Source: Amphiscolops sp. MND2022
Taxonomy: Eukaryota
Assembly: GCA_964187785.1 (NCBI GenBank)
Contig: OZ076409.1
Span: 87,794,001-87,858,000 of the forward strand
Direction: 5' to 3'
Length of the DNA stretch: 64,000 nucleotides
The notes beneath the pieces are model-generated. The model searched no databases, was not told the origin of the DNA, and saw only the letters and a program-made list of their open reading frames with translations. Each line of letters opens with the position of its first letter. The first letter of the stretch is position 1. Positions 13,441-23,949 of this stretch are shown here, one piece after another. A program made the position numbers and the translations under genes.

Positions 13441-14559
13441 TGTGATGAAAGTAAAGAATATTTATGTTCGTTGTGAATGTTACCTAATTTGTGTGATGCC
13501 GTAAGTACCAGTCTTTGGACCGGTCCCGGCTTTTATTTGAAACACAACTTTGCAATAGTTGGCCGATTTAGGCTACCACTTTAATAGAACCCTCACATGT
13601 GATTTGAAGTTTACTCTATTCTTATACTCTATTATGTCTCAGACGTCAACGCGTGCTAGGGATTGATAGTAATGTATATTTGTAATGCCTTTTACTATTT
13701 GTTGACATGTTTGAGATTGTGTTTTTATTGATAGTGATGAGTTATTTGTTTGAAGTTGCTTTCAAAAGGGTAGTTCGAGCATTCTGTGTCATCTCTGTTG
13801 CTTTGATGTTCCTTGACGCAGGTGACCCTTTAGATTGTAATATTCAAGATTTATGTGATTTTCCTTCATATATTTATATATAAACAACTCCTTGTGCTTG
13901 ACACAAATTCTCCGAATTTCGTAGTGTTCAAAACGTTTCTTAAAAATCCAATTTTCCGATAACCTAAGTCAATTATTACTATCGGGTTTCTTCATGCCTA
14001 CCACGAGGGAACAGAAGAAAGCTAGAAAATCTAGAGGAGCAGAAATGTTTTCAGACATTGAAAACTTTGACATAATGCTAGGAGAGATTAACCCTGACAG
14101 GGAAGAAAGCGAACTTAGTAACTCCGTTAGAAGGCCAGAGAATACTCGCTATAACGCATTGGTGAACCATGGTGTGAAGTCTCTCTCTAACTCTACAGAA
14201 GATGATATCAGGGGTTATGCCAGAAACGGCCGAAATTCAGGAGAGGTTGATTCAAGCAGTGAAATCAAATGGTTGTCTGGGGAATTAAACCAAAGAATCA
14301 CTAAAGAGATGAGTGACATTAAGAGTAGTGTGAGTTCACAAATACAAACGAGGCTATAAATTAAAACGTTCTGCCTCACATTCAGGCTACGCTAAAGTCC
14401 GGACAAGGACAGATACCTAACAGAAGGTGGGAAGTCCCGTCGAGAAGACCGAAGGATGTAGATCCGAATAAGTCCTAAATCATAAATTTAGAAGCAGTTC
14501 AAGAGATGAGCTCCCTAGAGACTTGAATAGAAACGAGGACCTAGAGGACACTCATTACA
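13441..14559 (+). mobile_element. Probable solo LTR (about 1.1 kb) carrying the start of a gag-like ORF (13994-14359)
   Basis: Termini TGTGATGA...TCATTACA (7/8 inverted match); internal TATATAAA near 13876; ORF MPTTREQKKARKSR..., with broken coding-like sequence continuing to the CA end. No TSD. Confidence 0.45.
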
Positions 14560-14931
14560 CTGATAGTATGAAATATGTTTCTCAAAGCAATTGGAAACGA
14601 AAGATTATTTACTTTCAAGGTTTTAAAAAACCATTCTTATTACGTTATTGGTTTCTCACAACTGCTCTTGGAGAAATTTGGTAGGTCAATATTTCGATGA
14701 TTTATTTCAAATTTTTGATCCTCCAACAAAGGAATTATTCGTCCAAAGTGCCATTTGTAATAAACGTTCACCGTCATTTTCCCGAAATTTTAACTATTTA
14801 GTGTCGCAAAATTGTGCCATTTCCAGTGTTTTGCGTGTTATACTCGGTTTCTTATTTGAGATGTTATTTGAAAGAGTTAGTTGACAAAAAAGTATTATCA
14901 GTCCAGTTGACAGCTGGGCCTTATAATTAGT

Positions 14932-15030
14932 ATTCGGACACGTGAGACTGACAATTCATTTTCGAACACATGAGACTGACATTTTCGGACACTTGGGACT
15001 GACAATTCATTTTCGAACAAATGAACTGGC
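14932..15030. repeat. Short tandem repeat, about 4 units of 23-28 bp
   Basis: TTCG(G/A)ACAC.TG(A/G)GACTGACA(ATTCA)TT repeated. Confidence 0.75.
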
Positions 15031-17427
15031 ATCCTTTCAACCTCCAAAAGAAAGATCACTGTCAAATTCTACACCTCTAACACTGTTTGAATCATGTCCG
15101 TTGGGACGCAAGCAATGGAATTAAAGTCATGTATCATAGAATCGTGCCTATCAATCACTCGTTGTACCATTTGCTCGTATTCTCGTGCTAATATGACTTA
15201 TCGTATTCAATAGAGAATGCCAATTTCACTCATTCGTTTGAAATGTTCCATTGACCATGAGATCAAAATCTGTCGAGGAGTAACGTACAGGCTCGACAAA
15301 TATGGAAATGGAACGTGAACTCGCTTAATTTAAGCAATCTTTTGATCTCAAAACCTTCAAAATGCGGCGCATGCTGGAATTTCGAAAATTTTCAAAAAAA
15401 TTTAGATTTAAGTTATCTCCCGATAACGGAGTCCCTGAAAAATGGCTGATAATTTTCTGACATACACAGTCACGTTATGGGTCATCGAAGGGTAAATAAC
15501 GTACCAACTAACTGGAAAAGTCCAAAAATTTGCCGAAAACACAGGGGATAAATATCAAAAAGTGCACTGCCTGAAATGAAATTTTCACAACTATCAGCTC
15601 GGATGTAGATTAGGGTTCAAACATCAAAAGTCCTTCAAAGTTTATACATGCGTATCTCGAAAAAAAGTTTAGGAACCCAGTCCGAAAAAAACTGTTAGTA
15701 GAAAAGAGATTTAGTTCATCTGAAAAAAAAAACAGATAATTTTAGTCAAAAGAATTTCATTTTGAAGGCAGGAGTGCCTTTAAGTGATTCAAAGCTGAAG
15801 ATTGTAGTTGATAATTAATCAAAAAAGTTATAACACCAAAAATTTATAGCACAAAACATTGTAAGACAGAAAATTTATATGAGATTCCCCACCAAAAAAG
15901 TATATAAAAAATTCTAAATCTGGGTGTTTTTTTGACACTACAGTTGACAACAAAAATGAAACAACAACAAAGAATTGTTTTGATTGTTTTAAGAAAGATC
16001 GTTGAAATTTCACACTCTCGGAAAATTAAATTGAAGTTACTTGCGTTTCACGCTGCTGACTCAAGATTTCAATCTGTGTTGATTTGGAGAAGTTTTTGAA
16101 ATGCAAATTCCAATTTCGAACAAACCAAAAGGAAGAGAATTGTTTTTAATTAATTAATTTGTTAATTTATTTCAACAAAAGGGAAGTATGGTCGTGGGAT
16201 GATATTTCGTGACAATCACACTAGTTTAAACAACCTTAAACTTGAAATGTCAAAAAAATGGCCAAAAACACTACTAGGGCTACCTAAACAGTCACTACAA
16301 CACCATCAGGGAATTTCGAGCTTTTAGAAAGTTTAACACACAAAGTTCGTTTATCGCGATAATCTTAACAAAAATCTGTCGTGTGATTTTCCGCCAATTG
16401 AAACAAATATGTCACGTTCAATTGTTGAGCAAGTTTCCGAATTCAAAGTTTGCTTTTATCATATGAAGTTATGGATCTTTCAATTGAAAGACGAAACTAC
16501 AACAAGTAGCGATCATCAAACTTTAAACAGACATGAAACCTGTCAGAACTATTGCGACACAAAGAAAATCACTGAGACATAAACTTGAGTAGACCTAAGG
16601 GACTAAAAACAAACGAAGCGATGATTACGCGAAGCGAAGCGAAACCTATTGCCATTGAATTTTCAGAGGCAAATTTTTTCGATCAAAAAAGTGTGACATT
16701 GACAAACATTTCGAAAATTGAGCCCTTATGTTTCGTCCTCGATGATGGCTACGCGTTTTGTTTTTTTTAAAAAAACACACAATTCGGCACGATAATGAAC
16801 TAACTTCCAGTAGAAAACGTTCTGTCGACGCATGCTCCAACATACCTTTTTTCAGTTAGAAACTTGATTGGTCGAATCCGAACACCACCTTGTAATCATT
16901 ACTTTTATCTTCGGAACCATTCAAGCTACTGGCATGATGAAGGAAACGTTTTTCATGTTGCACTCCCGGGCCTTTTTGTGGAACAAATTTCAATCTAGCG
17001 TTGTACCTTGGAATTGTTCCTTGATCTAAGGCGACAATGTAGCCAATTCAGTATTTCGAGGCCTATACCATCGAGAGTATTTCTAATGTAAGAACACTTT
17101 TCCTGAAAGATGTCCGTGGCAATCTTCCATTTTCTAGTGCTCGAGTATTCAACTAAAGCAGGCTCCATCAAAGTCATATTTTATGGGACACTTTAGTCGA
17201 TTGAGCTTAAAAACCACTTCCAGCTAGTTAACTAAGGGAACAAGAAGGGTGCAAGTTGTTAAAAGGAGGGCGAGTCAGAGAGATCACGAGTGTCTTTTAC
17301 GCTGCAAGCTACAGAGACTCCTTTTAGTGTCACGAACGGTCCAATTTAAATAAAAACTGGAAACCTTGGCAATGCCTTTCTTGCAACAAGAATGTTAGTC
17401 GCTTCTAACGTCATGCTACTCCTGTTT

Positions 17428-17642
17428 TTCTCATGAAGCAGACGTTGGGATCTCTCGACTTGCCTTCGATGCTCGAGCCACGTTGTCTGTACCGAACTGG
17501 TGGCAAACGCCAAGACGGTGTTACCATGATTCCTTGGGAAATGGGTAAACTGCTGATGTGGGATGTCACGGTTGTGGATGCTCTTGCACCCAGTCGCCTG
17601 AATCAAGGCTTCTCTTGCAACCCGCGAACCACCGCCACCGAG
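17428..17642 (+). mobile_element. Fragment of a CRE-type non-LTR retrotransposon restriction-like endonuclease
   Basis: LEPRCLYRTGGKRQDGVTMIPWEMGKLLMWDVTVVDALAPS, nearly identical to 21750-21965. Confidence 0.85.
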
Positions 17643-17806
17643 CGTAGCGTTAAAATTGATTGTCTTCCTGGAAATGAAAAAGGCTTCAAGGAAAACAGCC
17701 GAATTTTGAACAATAAGTCAATCTTCCTAGTCTAATTCAGTTTAATCTTTGGCGCCTCAGGGACTAAAGTGCCTCAGTAGGTTAACCTTGGTTAAACTCT
17801 TCGACT

Positions 17807-18075
17807 ATGAGTGACAGAAACAAAAAGCAAAATAACAAAACTAGAATAGGTAACAGTCGTCCTGAATTTATTGGGAATGAACATGCAATAATCTGTGATT
17901 CGTGCGATAAATGGTCTCACGTCAACTGCGTTGGACTCAACAAACAAGGAATTGACTTCATCAATGAATCGGAAGGAGCAATGCTGTTCTGTAGAACCAC
18001 CTGCCGCCCAACGGTGAAATCAGCGATACAATCTGGCTTACCAAATTTACGACTCGAGATCGAAAAAAGTGTTGT
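17807..18075 (+). mobile_element. PHD-finger ORF1 N-terminus of a CR1/L2-type LINE
   Basis: AIICDSCDKWSHVNCVGL...LFCRTTC is the PHD-like motif typical of CR1/L2 ORF1. Confidence 0.6.
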
Positions 18076-19275
18076 TACTTGGGCGGCCATCATTGCTGGG
18101 CACTGGTGTGGGTTGACGACATTGTCATCGTTCAACCGACGAGGACTTTGGACGATGTTTTGAGGCAGAGGTGGGCAAACAGTTCACATCAGGTGACTTT
18201 GGCCCTCTTGCGTGGTTCCTGGGCATTGCATTCAAAGCAGAACAAGTTGATTTGACGTTGAGCCACAAGCTGTACATATCAAACTTGCTGACGATATTCG
18301 GGATGCACAACTGCAAGATCGCTTCTACTCCATTACCAAAGAAAGGTGCACTCAGCAAAGACGACCAGCCGGAAGACGTTTCAGAGAATGTTTCTAAGAC
18401 AGCTGGATGCGACTACCGAGGACTAGTGGCAAGCATCTCTCACCTGGCGATGACGACGAGACCTGACATTGCATTCGCAGCTCATCTCCTGTCGAGGTTC
18501 CTCAACAATCATAGTCTGGTTTACTGGCAGGCGGCGAAACATGTGTTGCGGTACCTCAGGGGCACCGAAGCTGTGGGCATCACATACTGGCGGAACTGCG
18601 AGGCACACTTGACAGGGTACTCAGACGCTGACTACGCGAGCTGCAAGGACGACCGCAAAAGCGTGACTGGATACTGTTTCAGCTACCGGAGTGGCGCAAT
18701 CTCGTGGTCAGCGAAGAAACAGACATGCGTGGCCACATCAACGACAGAAGGACAGAAGGAGAGGTTTACGCACTGAGCGAAGCGGTTAAGGAAGCACTTC
18801 ACTTACAAGGGATACTGGAGTGCATTGGCGATTGGCGAGACGAAACAAACAACCATTCTCAGCGACTACCAACCTTATTTGGCACTCTCGAAAGACGATG
18901 GTAGCTACTAGGTGAAACACTTCACCACCGGCCTAGCGTTCCTCAAGGACACAGTCAAGAGCAGCGAGCACAGAATTGACTTGAAGTTTGTCTCATCAGT
19001 TGACATCATGGTGGACTTATTCACAAAAGGATTGGGCAGACTCAAGACGATACAGCATACGAAAAGACTTTCAGCCAAGCGGGGATGTCAGGTCTAGATG
19101 GCTGAACGCCGACCAGCTGACTGACAGCCGATGAAACGATTGAGATCAAAATAGACAACAGACTTGACAGGTACCTGCCAGACAGTGAACTGAATTGTAC
19201 TTTTTCTGGCACCTGCTGTGACCTGTAAACAATAGTATTTATATCGCTTTCGATTTCATTTGCGTCATTCCAATA
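18075..19275 (+). mobile_element. Ty1/Copia 3' fragment: RT C-terminus, RNase H, PPT and 3' LTR
   Basis: WFLGI, TRPDIAFA, AKHVLRYLRGT, GYSDADYA...DRKSVTGY...GAISWSAKKQ..VATSTTE, DLFTKGL; AGCGGGGA PPT then TG at 19086 opening a roughly 190-bp LTR. Confidence 0.9.
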
Positions 19276-19289
19276 TTCAATTCAATTAA

Positions 19290-19830
19290 TAATCACTGCA
19301 TCAATTTTGAGATTCAGAAGCCCTCTTACGAGCACTCCTTTGGATCCCTTCATCATTGAAATCGAGTTGGATGAGATTACTTTCCCCAAACATGTAAACA
19401 GGAGACTGGAACTAACTGTAAACCAGCTACTCTTGAATTGTAACGTCGATTTGGCAGAATATGCCTTTAACATCTGGAGAGCTGAGTCTCCGCTCTGTCA
19501 GTGCCGAAATGACTCCGAATCTGTAGCCAACTATAGGTTCTGACCCCAATTTGACCAGTATCGCTCACCCCACCTAACAGAGACTAGAATCTTTTCCATA
19601 GACTGGATCGCGACTCTGAGCAATTTTATCATCGACTCTGGACGTTTTGATCACAGAACAGAAAAAAAATCGTCATTATTAAACTACATCTTGAAACACT
19701 ACTCAGATAGAGAAAATCCAAAACTGAACTTCATTTTTACTTTTCTAAACTATGATTTACCGAAACAAAGGTGCTTTACTCAAAGCCAGATTAGCCCGTA
19801 ATAGCAGTGTATCTCAGATTATATATACAA
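19290..19830 (+). mobile_element. 3' end of a LINE ORF2 (C-terminal Cys/His region) and 3' UTR
   Basis: ESPLCQCRNDSESVANY(R)F...F..YR resembles the SPxCxC...E...HY.F.C tail of CR1/L2-type ORF2; degenerate. Confidence 0.5.
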
Positions 19831-20720
19831 TTGATTGTCTACTTTCTGGAATTAGGTAATTAAAAATGATTGTCTAATTCCCGGAATTGGCCAATTGGAA
19901 TCAAGATTGATAAAACACTAATTTTGGAAAACAAATTCGAATGTTCTGCAAATTTTCAACGTCCTAAACTGCTCTTATAGAACTGTTTCAAACAGTCTGT
20001 TTGTTGGGACTGGTTTTCATTTTTTCAACTCGACGATCAGCACGTGGTTGAGATTTTTTTTGTTCTTTCGGTTCTGCCTTTCTACTTGGATAGTGGCTGA
20101 GAACCAGTACATGTTTAATCATCCAGCTCTCTTGGAGAAGTATGACAAACCGTGCGCGACAGATTTTCCAAAGTGTGTAACGTGAACTTCGACGATATTT
20201 CGAGTACTCAACTGGCTCTGCCTGCTGAGATGGGTGGTCTTGGGGTTTCGTCCGCATCATTATTAGAACTTCCCCCCTTTTCGGCCTCAGCTTTTGGTGC
20301 GAGTGACTTTCTCACGACGATTTTCTCGGAAACATTCGAAGATGTTTCATTTACAAACGCGCTTGAGAAATGGTTGAGTTTGACGAATGAACAGGAAGGT
20401 CCTCTCGATGGAACCCAGAAAAATTGGACACAACTGTCTTCATCAAAACTGCCCAAGATTTGATTTCTAGAATGGTTGACAAACGTTCGAAAGTTTCCAA
20501 CGCTCATCAAGGTAAATTCGGGTCTCAATGGCCGAACGGCGTTCCTTGCAAGAACCTAGGCCCGAAACTTGATGGTGGAGTGTACGCCTTTGATCTAATT
20601 GCTTGGGTCTAATGGAATTAGATCTAACTGTTAGGTCTAACTTTCAGATCTAGTTTTATCTAAAATACTTAGGTCTAACCCTTTTATGATCTAATATGTG
20701 TTCTGAAAGCGAAAAAATAA

Positions 20721-20920
20721 TGTGGGGCATATGCGATGTATGCACGCTCGCCCTCACCGTCGCAAAGACCAGCTCCCAGTACGATCGCTTCGCGATCTCC
20801 GTTCCCGCTAGGTCTTTGCTCCTGGTCGCACTCGCTTAGCAAGATGGGAATATAAGCGGCCCCAAGGGGCCGCGGGCTCTAGAGGAAATTGGGACATATC
20901 CGAGGCACGTTTTATACTTT
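20721..20920 (+). repeat. GC-rich multi-hairpin core, copy 1 (reversed copies at 21089-21290 and 22577-22764; diverged copy at 41720-41835)
   Basis: About 200-bp near-identical sequence containing GATCGC-ttc-GCGATC, GCGGCCCC-aa-GGGGCCGC and the GCAAAGACC/GGTCTTTGC stem. Confidence 0.9.
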
Positions 20921-20986
20921 ATATCATTTTTTAGTTTTAGATCGTAATTCACTGATAATTTGCTCAAATTAGATCAAATAAGAATT

Positions 20987-21484
20987 GGCACGGTATTAAG
21001 TTCGAACGCATAAGTTCGAATTTTAATTTCGAATGGACTAAGTTCGGATTTTTCAAAAACCGGAATCACTGTGTTCGAATTTTGAACTAAGTATAAAACG
21101 TGCCTCCGATATTTCCCCATTTCATCTAGTGCCCCGCGGCCCCATGGGGCCGCTTATGTTCCCATCTTGCTAAACGAGGACGACCAGGAGCAAAGACCTA
21201 GCGGGAACGGAGATCGCGAAGCGATCGTAGTGGAAGCTGGTCTTCGCGACGGTGAGGGCGAGCGTGCATACACCGGATATGCCCCACATTTCAGTTTTTA
21301 GATTCCTTTAGATCCTATGTGGTGGAGCTCTCAGGATCTTGTGTGAAGGATATCCAGTTTACACCGGATATGCCCGATATGAAAATTTGAACTTTTTGAA
21401 CTTAGTGTCTCGAAACTAATCCATTCGAACTTATTGCACTAGTTCAAATTCTAACCTAGTAAATCGAACTTTTTGCCCGGAGCC
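20987..21484. mobile_element. MITE with AAGTTCGAA subterminal repeats and AATT duplication, nested in 20574-21588
   Basis: GGCACGGTATTAAGTTCGA versus reverse-complemented right end GGCTCCGGGCAAAAAGTTCGA; AATT on both sides. Confidence 0.75.
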
Positions 21485-22181
21485 AATTAGATGAGTTTTT
21501 CAGACCTGATTATTTAGATCATGTTATTTAGATCTCAATTTTGCCCCCTCTCTTAGATCTATTTCAATAGACCTGATTCCACGTAGCCCTTGATGATCAG
21601 CAACTTCGAATTTCAATTGGTTTGCGTCTCGGAGCCATCTGCGTTGGGCATTCGTGCCACTGTGGTAAAAGAATTGAACGGGACGGTTTACACGTTCTTT
21701 CTTGCACCAAGAGTGCTGGTCGCTTCTCACGTCATGCTAATCTCAATTCTCTCATAAAGCTAACGTTGGGATCTCTCGACTTGCCTTCAAGGCTCGAACC
21801 GCGTGGACTGTACCGAACTGATGGCAAACGCCCAGACGTTGTTACCATGATTCCTTGGGAAATGGGTAAACAGCTGGTGTGGGATGTCACGGTTGTGGAT
21901 GTTCTTGCACCCAGTCGCCTGAATCAAGGCTCTTTATGCAACCCGGGAACCACCGCCACCGAGGCTGAAGCGCGTAAAATTGAGAAGTATCGCAAATTAT
22001 TAGACAATGGATACATTTTTCAGCCGGTGGACTTGGATGTACAGGGTTCTTCAATCGAGAGCAGTGAAATTTTCATCACGCGTCTCAGTAAAATGCTCTG
22101 TCGTTCGTACGACGATCAACGAGCTGGAAGCTTTTTGAAGCAACGGATTTCAATGGCTCTTCGGCAATGCGGTCTGTGTTC

Positions 22182-23086
22182 GGGTGGTTGTAAAAAGGTC
22201 GAATTTTTCTGGTCGAAAGGACAGAGGTCGAACCTTTTGATCGAATTGCAGGGATCGAATTGAATGCGGTCGAATTTTATTGTATTTGTTGTATGGCTCG
22301 GTCGCTTCGCTCCCTTCGCCAAGTAGCAACATTGAGGCATGGCCCTATGGCAGGTAAATGGTCACTTGGCTTAATGCCATTTGGCTTAAAGTCATTTGGC
22401 TTAATACAATTGGTCATTTGGCTTAATTTTTTAAAGCTAAGTGTCTCGGGTATTGGTCAATTGGCTTAAAGTCATTTGACTTACAACCACTTAGTTGAAA
22501 ACACGTGGCAGATTTTGTCGAATTTTTCTTTATAACGTAGTCAGCGTATTTTTATAACATGTCATATCAAGTACCCCTCGGATATGTCCCCCCTTCCTCC
22601 AGTGCCCCGCGGCCCCGTGGGGCCGCTTTTATTCCCATCTTGCTAAGCGAGGTCGAACAGGAGCAAAGACCTAGCGGGAACGAAGATCGCTAAGCGATCG
22701 TAGTGGGAGCTGGTCTTTGCGACGGTGAGGGCGAGCGTGCATACACCGCTTATGCCCGACATTTAGATATTTCCGGGAGTTGATATATTTATTCCTTGAG
22801 TTGGAATGGAGTTGGCTTAATTTTGTGGTCACTTGGCTTAAAATTTTTAAGTCAAATGACTCGACGAAAAAATTAAGCCAAATGGTGTTAAGCCAAGTGA
22901 CTGGTAACCCTATGGCACGTCGCTTCGCTCCTGCATTCAGGGCACAAGGAGTATGTGAACAGATCTGACTACGTTATAAAAATTTCGATCCGAGTTGTTT
23001 CGATCCCATTCAAAAATTGGGTATGTCGACCTGAGGACTAACTCTGGTTTTCGATTCTGTTCCTTCGACCTATTTCCGCCCACCCC
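22182..23086. mobile_element. MITE with GGTCGAA subterminal repeats and 7-8-bp TSD
   Basis: GGGTGGTTGTAAAAAGGTCGAA versus reverse-complemented GGGGTGGGCGGAAATAGGTCGAA; TGTGTTC at 22175-22181 and 23088-23094. Confidence 0.82.
22353..22909. mobile_element. MITE with TTGGCTTAA subterminal repeats and 8-bp TSD, nested in 22182-23086
   Basis: TIR GGT...GTCACTTGGCTTAA at both ends; CTATGGCA at 22345-22352 and 22910-22917. Confidence 0.87.
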
Positions 23087-23154
23087 TTGTGTTCTAGGAA
23101 CTGTGAGCGACAGAGATGCATTTGAAGAAATTTATTACATATAACCTAATTTTT

Positions 23155-23390
23155 TTTTAACCTTTATATCATAGCAGTTTTAAAAAAACTTCTACCGGTC
23201 GACTGCATAGTGGCTGGTTTGAGTAGTTTGTTGGTTGTTTTTATTGTTACTGGTCCACTGGTATAGTGGCTGGTATGTGGTTCCCTACTTTCGTTGCAGA
23301 CCACGGGTGTGTGTCTTGCCCCCCCCAACATGATGATACACATGGCACTTGATTGATGACGAAGATCCATGATATCTGATAAAGGAAAAA
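23155..23390 (+). repeat. About 235-bp unit after the CRE stop codon (probable 3' UTR) ending in a C/D-box-like motif and an A-run
   Basis: Near-identical to 25659-25893; a diverged third copy at 23876-23949 plus 25212-25290 is split by the hAT. Confidence 0.85.
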
Positions 23391-23875
23391 CAAGACGAGA
23401 ACGTCTAAAGTCGGCGCTGTATCTAAGGCCCAAGAAGCGCAAAAAACTTTTCGAAAAAATTTTTGAATATTTTTTCTTTCAGAAATAGTGGCATAGTGCC
23501 GAAAAATGTAAAAGAGGGACCCTTTGGGCTTCATCAACATATATTTTATTGCAAAATATCAAAAACTCGAAAGGGGGACTCTTTTGATACATTAAAAAGT
23601 TTTTGAAAAAAAGTCGCACAATGCCGAAAAAAAATTGTAAGTGGGGACCCTTTAGTCTCGTCCGGTTTTTGTAGGCTACGGTAAAATAGTAAAATGTGAA
23701 AGGGGAGACCCTTTTGCACTAATTTCCGCTGACCGGACTCGGCCTTATGCTAGTAGTTTTAGTAGTTTGGATTGTAAGAAAAGTGGCCCAATCAGAGTGA
23801 GATTGTAGTCTGACAAAAAAAAACTAGCCACTGTAAGAGTCGGGCACTTTTCTCTAGAAAAGCGCCGACTAAAAA
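23389..23875 (-). mobile_element. HINE family A, complete copy
   Basis: AACAAGACGAGAACGTCTAAAGTCGGCG at the left; AGTCGGGCACTTTTC-tcta-GAAAAGCGCCGACTAAAAA hairpin at the right; inserted in an A-run. Confidence 0.88.
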
Positions 23876-23949
23876 GAAGTGGCTGACATGAGTAGTAGTA
23901 GTGCTTTATCGTTTATTTCGTTTTCTTTTGGTTGCAGACCACTTGTGTG

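Larger units (their letters stand above)
20574..21588. mobile_element. MITE-like insertion with GATCTAA subterminal repeats
   Basis: Interrupts the CRE frame; CTTGAT duplicated at 20568-20573 and 21589-21594; GG...CC ends; imperfect TIR (GGTCTA.TG.AAT.AGATCTAA). Confidence 0.75.
20150..23144 (+). mobile_element. 5'-truncated CRE-type non-LTR retrotransposon split into three parts by two nested MITE insertions
   Basis: QLALPAEMGGLGV; KLDDQQLRISIGLRLG rejoined across 20574-21588; CHCG...HVLSC zinc motif, RH, RPD and WDVTV RLE motifs; QRISMAL..GNA.CVLGTVSDRDAFEEIYYI-stop rejoined across 22182-23086. Confidence 0.88.

Noticed and set aside
15121..15783. Possible Kolobok-type element (TTAAAG...CTTTAA)
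   Set aside because: The inverted match beyond the terminal bases is too weak to call.
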